Shown: positions 7,903-18,437, counted from the stretch's first letter. The stretch: 20,854 bases of DNA from Octopus sinensis (GCF_006345805.1 NW_021824245.1:1-20854), one strand, 5' to 3'. Notes: generated from the sequence alone by a model not told the origin. Numbers and translations: made by a program.

Positions 7903-8311
7903 CTATACAGGACAGTGCTACTGTTGTTTTTAGCCTCAGGAAGACATCTCCTCCAGCTGGCTAACGACACTAGTATTTGTGAGGGAGGTCATTGCTCCCA
8001 TCTCTAGCCTTACGTGATACACATGGACCCGAGTTTCTGACTGGTTACTCGTCCTCAGCATGCGTTAATCACTGGCTAGTGATGAACACTCTTTCCTCTC
8101 GCAAAATTACTATATGCTTTTCTAGCGACTCACTGTCACTGATCTCGTAAAAGAGAGAGATTTGTTATATTAAATCTCTGAGAGAGATATAAACAGTAGC
8201 AGTACAGAATCGTAAAATATATTTGCCAACTAAGTGTGGCGTCCTATACAGGACAATGCTACTGTTGTTTATAGCCCCAGGAAGACATCTCCTCCGGCTA
8301 GCTAACGACAC
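7903..8311 (-). mobile_element. Candidate retrozyme / hammerhead-bearing non-autonomous retroelement: 341-bp unit plus 68-bp terminal redundancy
   Basis: Direct repeats 7903-7970 and 8244-8311 (5 mismatches in 68 bp) enclose a type I hammerhead. Lies between a TA run and a (CATA)n tract. Confidence 0.6.
8004..8079 (-). ncRNA. Type I hammerhead ribozyme with extended helix I and a GUC cleavage triplet
   Basis: Minus strand: CUAGCC-A-GUGAU-UA-ACGCAUG-CUGAGGA-CGAGUAACCAGUCA-GAAA-CUCGGG-UC/CAUGUGU-AUCAC-GUAA-GGCUAG. Helix I pairs 7+5+6 bp. Predicted cleavage is between plus-strand 8026 and 8025. Confidence 0.85.
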
Positions 8312-8326
8312 ACAGTCTGTGACCGA

Positions 8327-8669
8327 TACATACATACATACATGCATGCATACATACATACATATATACATGCATACATACATACATGCATGCATGCATG
8401 CATGCATGCATACATACATACATACATACATACATGCATACATACATACATGCATGCATACATACATGCATGCATACATACATGCATGCATACATACATA
8501 CATACATACATACATACATACATGCATGCATACATACATACATACATACATACATACATACATACATACATACAGACATACATACATACATACATACATA
8601 CATGCATGCATACATACATACATACATACATACATGCATACATGCATACATACATACATACATACATAC
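8327..8669. repeat. (CATA/CATG)n tetranucleotide microsatellite
   Basis: Directly visible; it produces the MYVC/HTYI ORFs in the track. Confidence 0.97.
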
Positions 8670-8767
8670 AACATATTTTACGGTCGCCCTTGGTCTTGTG
8701 GAAGTACAATAAATGAGTACTCTACAATAAGTACTGTAAAATTTTCAGCATGACGTTGAACTGTTTT

Positions 8768-9060
8768 TGGTAAAAAGCTAGCTTCCCAACCACATGGTTC
8801 TGGGTTCAGTTCCACTGCGTGGCACCTTCGTCAAGAGTCTATTATAGCTGAACAAAGCCTTGTGAGCGGATTTAGTAGACAGAAACTGAAAGAAGCTCGT
8901 CGTATGTGTGTGTGTGTGTGTTTGTCCCCCACCATCGCTTGACAACCGATTTTGGTGTGTTTACGCCGCGTTACTTAGCGGCTTGTTCGATTAAAGGCGG
9001 TACACCAGTTTGGCCGCAGTCAAATGAATGAAACAAGTAAAAGAGTAAAAGAATAAAAAT
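8768..9060 (+). mobile_element. tRNA-derived SINE, family B
   Basis: Head TGGTAAAAAGCTAGCTTCCCAACCACATGGTTCTGGGTTCAGTTCC with A- and B-box-like motifs, an internal (TG)n, and a tail AAACAAGTAAAAGAGTAAAAGAATAAAAA. Homologous to 16889-17123 and 17196-17310. Confidence 0.85.
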
Positions 9061-9216
9061 TGAAATAAGTCGTCATAGAAACAGATATTTGTATATTTGC
9101 ATATGTATCTGCATGTGTGTGTGCGCGTGCGCGTGTGTGCATGTACACAAGGAGAGCCAGGACATGTATTTATACACACAGGCACACACTTGCACATACA
9201 CACACACATATATATA

Positions 9217-9270
<54 letters not shown>

Positions 9271-9274
<4 letters not shown>

Positions 9275-9464
9275 TTTCATATACTTATAATTTTAAAATA
9301 AACATACACATTTCCGCACGAAGACACGTAGTCTATGCCCTAGGGACGTAGCTTCAACCGTGTTCTTTCTTATGGGAATTTGCTACCCATGTATCGGTTA
9401 TCTTTCGAATTATCCTTTAATTACTCAAATATATATATATAATTATATATATATATATATATAT

Positions 9465-9538
<74 letters not shown>

Positions 9539-9556
9539 TATATAATTATATATATA

Positions 9557-9594
<38 letters not shown>

Positions 9595-9757
9595 TATATT
9601 TGAGTAATTGAAGGATAATTCGAAAGATAACCGATACATGGGTAGCAAATTCCCATAAGAAAGAACACGGTTGAAGCTACGTCCCTAGGGCATAGACTAC
9701 GTGTCTTCGTGCGGAAATTTGTATGTTTATTTTAAAATTATAAGTATATGAAAGAAT
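9271..9757. repeat. Long inverted repeat: 160-bp arms around a (TA)n spacer
   Basis: 9271-9430 is the reverse complement of 9598-9757, with 2 mismatches seen. Confidence 0.95.
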
Positions 9758-9841
9758 GCAGTTGAACGACTAGTTAACAAATATCCTTTATAAAGGATAT
9801 TTGTTAACTAGTCGTTCAACTCCATTCTTTCATATACTTAT
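9740..9841. repeat. 102-bp spacerless palindrome (perfect 62-bp core 9760-9821)
   Basis: Centre ...ATATCCTTTA|TAAAGGATAT... at 9790/9791, with a single C/C mismatch at 9759/9822. Confidence 0.95.
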
Positions 9842-9874
<33 letters not shown>

Positions 9875-9878
9875 TATA

Positions 9879-10081
9879 GTTAATCCAAACATAAACAAAG
9901 AGAAAACACAACAACGTAAGGATGTGGAACAAGTATAGTGTTATTGGACGCTCAGGAAAGGAAAGAAAGAAGGAGGATTTAGCGTTTCGAGCGGAGCTCT
10001 TCGTCAGAAACATAGAAAAAAAGGAAAAGTCCAAGGAAGGGAAGACAAAGAAAGAAAATCACCAACAATACACACGCGGTC
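9879..10081 (-). mobile_element. Short repeat carrying a minimal hammerhead-like motif, related to 6163-6336
   Basis: Flanked on both sides by (TA)n. Shares motifs with 6163-6336. Confidence 0.55.
9977..10011 (-). ncRNA. Minimal type I hammerhead-like motif (intact CUGACGA core; U16.1 mutated to C)
   Basis: Minus strand reads GUUU-CUGACGA-A-GAGC-UCC-GCUC-GAAA-CGCU-AAAU. Confidence 0.6.
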
Positions 10082-10115
<34 letters not shown>

Positions 10116-10139
10116 CTGTGTGTGTGTGTGTGTGTGTGT

Positions 10140-10387
10140 ATGTTTGTATGTATGTATACTAGTGATAGCACTTTAGGTATGGCAGGCTTTTGTATCGCGA
10201 GATTATTTTGTGTATATTATTATTGCACGGGTTTCATCGTGCAACTTTGATCATCATAGATCTGCTCAATCCGGGCTGGCCTGGGGCTAAACAGCAGCAA
10301 CAACGATAATAATAATAATAATAATAATAATAATATAATAATAATATAATAATAATGATGATGATGATGATGATGATGATGAATGAC

Positions 10388-10427
<40 letters not shown>

Positions 10428-10567
10428 GTGTTGATGATGATGATAATAAATGATGGTGATGATGAGGATGATGATGATGATGATGATGATAATAATAATA
10501 ATAATGATGATGATGATGATGATGATAAATAATAATGATGATAATAATAATAATAATAATAATAATA

Positions 10568-10606
<39 letters not shown>

Positions 10607-11299
10607 TGATAATCCTAACAATGTTAACAGCAACAACAACTACTAGTATTGTTACTACTACAATGGCGACGAGTCTAACAACAACAACGACAACAACAAC
10701 AACAATAGCATCGCCCACTCAATGGTTCATTTACTCTTCTAATGGCCTGTTGAAATATTTGGCCAAAGCATTGTAACTACAATATCTTGTTGTGTGTGAA
10801 TCCGTGGAAAGAATGCAAGATTTTCTGTTATGCACACACGTACACATACACACACGTACACATACACACACACACATACATACGTACAGACATACATACG
10901 TACGTACGTACGTACATACATACATGCGTACATGCATTGCTGGTCACTCATAACCTTCAGGGGAAGAGTAAATCACACAAAGTTGATTTGTAGCCGTTGG
11001 ATCATTTACAAAATTATATTCACATGAATTGACCGGACGTCGTTGACCTTCTGATACTTACTGATTGACGTCTTCATTTCGACCAATAATTTGGACTAAA
11101 GACTTGGCGTAACGGAATCTGAAACTCGTCAACCATAAAGGCTGCTCTTTGATCGCTTCATTCTGATTTCCACAAAACAGACTTGCATTTAGGAACGTTT
11201 GAAGGTTTGGAGAAGAAAGAAAAATGAAAAAAGGACCTTTCACGACCTACTATAAACGAACAGCTAGCAGCGGCAAAGAGACAGAAAGAGAAGAAGAAG

Positions 11300-11330
<31 letters not shown>

Positions 11331-11571
11331 CGAGAGAGAGAGAGAGAGACGAAGCTCTGTCTGTCTGTGTGTGTTGTGTGTGTGTGTGTGGTGTGTGTGT
11401 GTGTGTATGTTTGTATGTATGTATACTAGTGATAGCACTTTAGGTATGGCAGGCTTTTGTATCGCGAGATTATTTTGTGTATATTATTATTGCACGGTTT
11501 CATCGTGCAACTTTGATCATCATAGATCTGCTCAATCCGGGCTGGCCTGGGGCTAAACAGCAGCAACAACG

Positions 11572-11616
<45 letters not shown>

Positions 11617-11656
11617 TATAATAATGATGATGATGATGATGATGATGATGAATGAC

Positions 11657-11688
<32 letters not shown>

Positions 11689-12558
11689 GATGATGATGAT
11701 GATGATGATGATGATAATAAATGATGGTGATGATGAGGATGATGAGATGATGATGATGATGATAATAATAATAATATGATGATGATGAATGATGATAATA
11801 ATAATGATGATAATAATAATAATAATATAATAATATAATAATAATAATAATATAATAATATAATAATGATGATAATCCTAACAATGTTAACAGCAACAAC
11901 AACTACTAGTATTGTTACTACTACAATGGCGACGAGTCTAACAACAACAACGACAACAACACAACAATAGCATCGCCCACTCAATGGTTCATTTACTCTT
12001 CTAATGGCCTGTTGAAATATTTGGCCAAAGCATTGTAACTACAATATCTTGTTGTGTGTGAATCCGTGGAAAGAATGCAAGATTTTCTGTTATGCACACA
12101 CGTACACATACACACACGTACACATACACACACACACATACATACGTACAGACATACATACGTACGTACGTACGTACATACATACATGCGTACATGCATT
12201 GCTGGTCACTCATAACCTTCAGGGGAAGAGTAAATCACACAAAGTTGATTTGTAGCCGTTGGATCATTTACAAAATTATATTCACATGAAATTGACCGGA
12301 CGTCGTTGACCTTCTGATACTTACTGATTGACGTCTTCATTTCGACCAATAATTTGGACTAAAGACTTGGCGTAACGGAATCTGAAACTCGTCAACCATA
12401 AAGGCTGCTCTTTGATCGCTTCATTCTGATTTCCACAAAACAGACTTGCATTTAGGGAACGTTTGAAGGTTTGGAGAAGAAAGAAAAATGAAAAAAGGAC
12501 CTTTCACGACCTACTATAAACGAACAGCTAGCAGCGGCAAAGAGACAGAAAGAGAAGA

Positions 12559-12608
<50 letters not shown>

Positions 12609-12652
12609 GAGAGAGACGAAGCTCTGTCTGTCTGTGTGTGTGTGTGTGTGTG
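10140..12652. repeat. Tandem duplication of a ~1.26-kb unit (about 10140-11406 and 11407-12652), bounded by (TG)n tracts
   Basis: Offset 1262-1267 across the unit. The differences I found are single-base indels and microsatellite length changes. Confidence 0.95.
10310..10700. repeat. (AAT)n/(GAT)n/(CAA)n trinucleotide microsatellite block (duplicated at about 11570-11965)
   Basis: Directly visible. Confidence 0.95.
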
Positions 12653-12871
12653 GTTCTGAAGGAAAAGCGGGAGTTTCCTATCAATGAATTATGGTGGCGA
12701 AACGCAATCACCTGTGACAAGACTGGACAGCTTATTATTAATGAGGGACGAATATTCTGGAAAAAAATGTTGAAGTATATTACTTCGTGTAATGCTGGAC
12801 ATACATGATACTCGGGTGTCGCTGCTGCTGCTGCTGCTACTACTACTAAGCTCTAGATCAACTCTGATTAA

Positions 12872-12952
<81 letters not shown>

Positions 12953-13129
12953 ACGTTTCATAGACGTTTCAGCCAGTCTTTTGGTATATCTACGACCACA
13001 TTGTCCAAATCTCTCCTTTCTTTTTTGAAGATGGTAGAATATAATAAGACGGAATTTGGCTGCAATCTCTTTCGATTTCAACGTTGTGAGTGAACTTGGT
13101 TGACGGAAATTGAAAGAACCCATCGTATG

Positions 13130-13174
<45 letters not shown>

Positions 13175-13191
13175 CTTATAATTTAACACAC

Positions 13192-13347
13192 TCACCGGTA
13201 AAATTTCCACTTATTCCTTATTTTTATTTTCCTAAAATTTTCGTTGCGTCTTGCAACCTTTTCAATAGTCTTGACTCTGTCCGTTATTTACACTGTGTTT
13301 GTGCGCATGTGTGTGGGTCAGTGTGTGTGTGGAAATTTTACTGGTGA
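13192..13347. repeat. 19-bp inverted repeat enclosing 118 bp (small MITE-like unit)
   Basis: TCACCGGTAAAATTTCCAC (13192-13210) vs GTGGAAATTTTACTGGTGA (13329-13347), 1 mismatch. No clear TSD. Confidence 0.5.
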
Positions 13348-13552
13348 AATTTTACTGTAAGGCGCAAAAAGAAGATGACTCTCCCCAGACACAACAGATA
13401 TGCTTCAACACACGAACTCACAAAGAATCTTGCAAATCAAATCCCAAAACGATATATATACATATATAATATATTAATAAATAAAACATATGCATATATA
13501 TATACATATATGTACGTACCTACCTCTACATGTATATATACACGCATATATG

Positions 13553-13950
13553 AGTACAGGTCACCAAAAAAACGTCGAACACAATGAGAAACGAAAACAG
13601 ACACAAACCCAAGGAACTGGACATTTTTCTTAAACAACAACAAAAATAGAGTACAGGACAAATAACACAAGGAAAAAAACCCCTTCTTCAGTCGCCATGG
13701 TTTCATCTTCTCTACGTTTCGAAGGTGAAGGCGAGACGTATCTTCGATAGAAACTTTCCTTCCTGCGAAAAGCAAATCAAATAAAATTTGAGATCTTTTT
13801 GCAGAGGGGTAAAAATGGTAACAAAAACAGGACAGTAACGACAGTACAAAACATAAGCAGTAAAAGACAGGACAAGGAAAATAACAAGACAAGAAGGGCT
13901 GTCAAGCCGAACGAAAAAAAGTATTATGAACGCTAAAGTAAGAGTGTTCT
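13553..13950 (-). mobile_element. Purine-skewed repeat with a decayed hammerhead-like GAAACGTA motif (possible Penelope-type end)
   Basis: Minus strand 13754-13707 reads GUUU-CUAUCGA-A-GA..UC-GAAA-CGUA-GAGA; two core positions deviate. Flanked by (TA)n-rich tracts. Confidence 0.3.
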
Positions 13951-13970
13951 TGATATATACATATATATAT

Positions 13971-14491
13971 GGATAAGGGAAATTATAGAAGGAATACATC
14001 CAGGCAATCAATACAAATACCAAAGTATAATCTAAAACACACAACGAAATAAATATACACATAAATTTATAAATCATTGAACAAAATTACATATAAAAGT
14101 CATATGTAAAAACTATGCATCATGTAACTACTATACTTTACCCGAATTCACTCGAATATGTATATATTTTTTTTATCTACCTATTTACCCCTGAATTTTA
14201 AAATGTTGAACTCTCATCCGACATTTCGTATAAACATCCAATTCTTAATCGATTCGAACAGTTCCTTTTGGAAGCCCTGAACTCGAATTTTTATCTCTTT
14301 ATTTGTCACTCCTCTATTCGCTACCTGAACCCAACGTACATGATACATACTTTTCACATGACTTTTACATGTAAGTTTGTTCACTGATTTATAAATTTCG
14401 GTGTATATTTATTTCGTTGTTTGCTCTAAAATTATACTTTGAAATTTGCATTGATTGCCTGGACGCGTTCCTTCTATAATTTCCTTTATCC
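13971..14491. mobile_element. Diverged foldback element: ~155-bp arms (13971-14126, 14337-14491) with a 210-bp spacer
   Basis: The arms align as reverse complements at roughly 85% by eye. The left arm starts at a (TA)n tract. Confidence 0.8.
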
Positions 14492-14580
14492 TTCGATTTA
14501 GCTCGCAATGAGCTCTTCTTAAAACAGTCCAAAATATGTGAAGTATACTTAAAAACATACTTTATAACCAAATTTAACTT

Positions 14581-14612
<32 letters not shown>

Positions 14613-14648
14613 ATATATAATATATATATAATGTGTTGTGTGTGTGTG

Positions 14649-14679
<31 letters not shown>

Positions 14680-14899
14680 CAGACGATACAAGGAAAACAA
14701 GGACGACGAATCATTTGGAGTGTTCTATCCTCAGTGGAGTTCCAGATTATCTTTGCAATTTCGGCTAGTTACACTCGGGATTGCTCCAATCTGGCTAGTC
14801 TGGCCCAAGGAAAAATAAGCTAAGAGCATTACATTCCTTGGAAGAAAGCAGCAAATGTATATATATATATATATATATACACATATATATATTATGCGT

Positions 14900-14980
14900 A
14901 TATATCGGTGTGTGTATGTGTTCATCCCCCAACATTGATTGACAACCGGTGTTGATGTATATGCGTACCCCATAACTGCG
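14900..14980 (+). mobile_element. Family B SINE fragment
   Basis: CATCCCCCAACATTGATTGACAACCGGTGTTGATGT resembles 8920-8970. Confidence 0.55.
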
Positions 14981-15804
14981 GAAATCAATGTATATTCCAG
15001 TGTATCTTTTGTCGTGGAATAATTTGGGAATTAATTTTAATTCCGCTGTTAAAGAGTTAAAGAAAAGGGGATGTTGTGATGCTCATGCCGGGTCATGAAT
15101 CGAAACTGGATTACGAACTCGTCAATGAATATTCACCATTTTCTAAGCTTCCATGATAACACGTTTTGCTATAATAGTGTGATATCCAACAACATTAATT
15201 TTATATATTTTATCTACTACCCACTCTGTAATGTCACGGTGACATTTCGAATGTACTGCTAGATTAATTAGAAAAAAAATAAAGAAACAAACAAAAAGAA
15301 AAAAAATCATTGTTTTTTAATCATTTACAAAATCTTCTTAATTAAACCGTGTAAAAATTACTAGGAAGCAAGCTTTATACATAAAAAAATTTCTTTTATC
15401 GTAAAGTAAGTCCACATTGTTACAAACAATTGGATTATACAGTCGCTTTTATCAAAGACTTAACTGGTTTCACAAAAAACCCTTTATGTTATCTGAATTA
15501 TTAGCAATTTCTTTCTCATTTTCTATTCCTATCAGATCTTTTCCCACCAAGCAATTAAACGATGTTTGTCGAACAGTTTTCTCTCTTTCTATATATATTT
15601 TAAATCTTTGTTTATCGGGTTTATATTTTATATCTTTCTTTTGTAATCTATGTACACTTTCAACTATACGCGTACATACATACTACATACATACATGTTT
15701 GCTATTTGTATGTATATATGCATGTATGTGGTGTGTGTGCATGTAAATATAATATATTATATATATATATAATATATATATATATTATGTATGCATGTAT
15801 ATGC

Positions 15805-15844
<40 letters not shown>

Positions 15845-15902
15845 GATATATCTGCGTATGTGTGTTAATGTTTAATATATAAAAATAATATATAGAATAC
15901 AC

Positions 15903-15940
<38 letters not shown>

Positions 15941-16259
15941 GTACATATATATATATATATACGTACATACATTCAAGTAAACATGCATACATATACCTAT
16001 ACACACATAAATACAAGTAGGCACGCATGCATATGCATATTCATACATACATACATATATATATATCATATGCTCTGTGGCTTTAGATCTATATATACTT
16101 TTATGCTGTACGTTTGTGTAAACACTTTCTTACTGTTTGACATGGTGTACATCTAAGGCATTGGAGTTGTCTACATATGTCAAATTCTCACTTGTTACTG
16201 AACGGATTTGTGTGTTGCTTCATACAGTGTCGAATACACTTGGTGTAGAAATATGTGTA

Positions 16260-16640
16260 TAGGGTGATTCAAAAGTTGCCATACGTAGGAACAATTTGTC
16301 TTTTTATAAGAAACAGTTTATAAGAAAAGCTTTTGTTTTTTTTTTATTTAACAGGCTCTATATGGCAACCGTTGTTTTGAATACACATTGCAATACGTTT
16401 ACCCCACTCGTTGTGAACTCATCGTAATATCACATTTGGTGATACGTGTGCAAAGGAATTGGTGGTGCGTTCCTTCAAATGCTTTATGTCTTTTATCTTT
16501 CCGTAATACACCATGCCTTTCAAATGCTCCCAAAGATAAAAATCAAGAGGGGTCAGATCAGGGGATCTAGGGGATCTTATAAGTGTTTCTTATGAAAAAA
16601 ATAATTTTTTCCTATGTATGGAGACTTTTGTATATATCAC
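16260..16640. mobile_element. Possible old Tc1/mariner-type MITE
   Basis: GTGATTCAAAAGTTGCCATACGTAGG (from 16264) is an imperfect inverted match to CCTATGTATGGAGACTTTTGTATATATCAC (16611-16640). Confidence 0.4.
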
Positions 16641-16888
16641 AACGAAGCGTGCTTGGAAACTCCGTATTACGTGACTTTATGTGCACGTCGTACTTATTGT
16701 ATGACTGCACGGACAATCCATAATATATGCATGTTTGGCTGTGTCTTGGTGTGTGTGTGTGTGTGTGTGGTATGTGTGTGTGTGCGTTTGCACGTGTGTG
16801 TGCGTGCATCTATCTATCGATCATCTATCTATTCTATCTAATATTATATATATATATATATATATAAGATATATATATATATATATAT

Positions 16889-17123
16889 GCTAGTTTACGG
16901 GGACGTACACAAACCAACACCGGTCGTTAAGCGGTGATGAGTGGGCAAACACGGACACAAACACACACACACACATATATGACGGGCTTCTTTCAGTTTC
17001 CGTCTGTCAAATCCTCTCACAAAGCTTTGGTCAGCCCGAGGCTGACACTTGCCCAAGGTGCCTCGCAGTGAGACTGAACCCAGAACCATGTGGTTGAGAA
17101 GCAAGATTCTTATCACACGGCCA
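16889..17123 (-). mobile_element. tRNA-derived SINE, family B (5' half)
   Basis: Reverse complement of the head and middle of 8768-9060. Confidence 0.85.
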
Positions 17124-17195
17124 TATGTGTCAATCATTCCCACTTCACAGATGATTCTTGTCTCCTTGTGCCTCCTGGTTGTCAATAACGTTTCT

Positions 17196-17310
17196 GAATA
17201 AGTACCACTCTTTAAAAAAAAACGTGCCGGGGTCGATTAATTTGGCTCAAACCTTTAAGGCGGTGCTCCAGCATGACCTCAGTGAAATGACTAAAACAAG
17301 TAAAAAAAAA
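17196..17310 (+). mobile_element. Family B SINE 3' part
   Basis: TAAGGCGGTGCTCCAGCATGACCTCAGTGAAATGACTAAAACAAGTAAAA matches 8995-9040. Confidence 0.7.
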
Positions 17311-17655
17311 ATCAAGACCAAGTTAAACGATAAAAGATTGTTTTTAAAAAATCTTTGTCGGGATTAGAAAAAGAATTGAACCCTGTGTTATCAGTGAACA
17401 AACATGGCCGATAATGATCTTTGTCAAATATAGAATCAGATATTTTAAACCAGTGAAATCTCATTAAGCACTAAGAAGCTATTAGCGGTTCCTTTTTTTT
17501 TTTTTTTTTTATTATTTTTTTTTTGCTGTCATTAAATGCTGTTTACTAGAATATAAAGAGATGTTGAATATCTCAGTATATTTTATATTTAATTTTTATC
17601 TTTGTTAAAGTAGCAAAAAAAGAAATAATTTCTTATTCAAAGACACACACACATA

Positions 17656-17793
17656 CCGTAATCCCTCGTGATATCGTGGTTCACCTATCGCTGTTCACCA
17701 ATTGTGTTTATTATTTAAACTTACGTCAATTGCTCTGTGTTGTTATGAATTATAAAATATATTACAATTATAAAAATAATGTATATATATATA

Positions 17794-17833
<40 letters not shown>

Positions 17834-17917
17834 TACAGAACTTTTTCTGCTTCGGGGATTTTCATCTATCACGTGGTGTTTTGGAACATAACACCCGCAA
17901 TAGTCGAGGGAATACTG
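17656..17917. mobile_element. TA-flanked MITE (Tc1/mariner superfamily, pogo/Tigger-like ends)
   Basis: TA|CCGTAATCCCTCG... and ...CGAGGGAATACTG|TA, an 11/13 terminal match. TA at 17654-17655 and 17918-17919; internal (TA)n. Confidence 0.6.
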
Positions 17918-18038
17918 TATAAGACAGTTCTCCCGGAAATATTCATAATCCAGTGAAGCGAACCCAAGATTATTATAACTGAGTGCTTGTACGGTACGCG
18001 CCTGGATGATTTATCCCTATATACTCATCATATATATG

Positions 18039-18079
<41 letters not shown>

Positions 18080-18437
18080 TGAGTATATAGATATATTAGC
18101 AGGTACTTAGAAGGAGTGCTCATTGCAGCTTGAACTGCAAAAGAGAATGAGGTTTTGAAATTGTCTACCAAAGGCAGTTAGAAGCTCTCTCTGAATAGAT
18201 AAAATATGAAAGACAGGCGAGCAAAGTTACGGCAGATGAGTAGAGCCTCTTACAACTGTCTCTGGAATAGCCGAGCAAGTGGATCACGTTAATGTGTAAG
18301 GAATTCACGTAATCCAAGCAGCCCGTTCAGAGAGATCGATGTAAAAACAGTAGATAAAGACATATCCTTAATTGAGGACATTTGTAGTCATCAATTAGAA
18401 TGAGGGGCAACTATATTAGGTAACTCCATCATAAAAA

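Noticed and set aside
8079-8143. Box C (GTGATGA) and box D (CTGA) spaced like a C/D snoRNA
   Set aside because: No terminal stem or recognisable guide, and the region is better explained as part of the minus-strand hammerhead unit.
8768-8820. tRNA gene
   Set aside because: A/B-box-like motifs are present but there is no complete cloverleaf, and the sequence continues into a SINE body found in several copies.
12950-13000. GAAACGTC motifs on the minus strand
   Set aside because: No CUGANGA core upstream; too degenerate to call.
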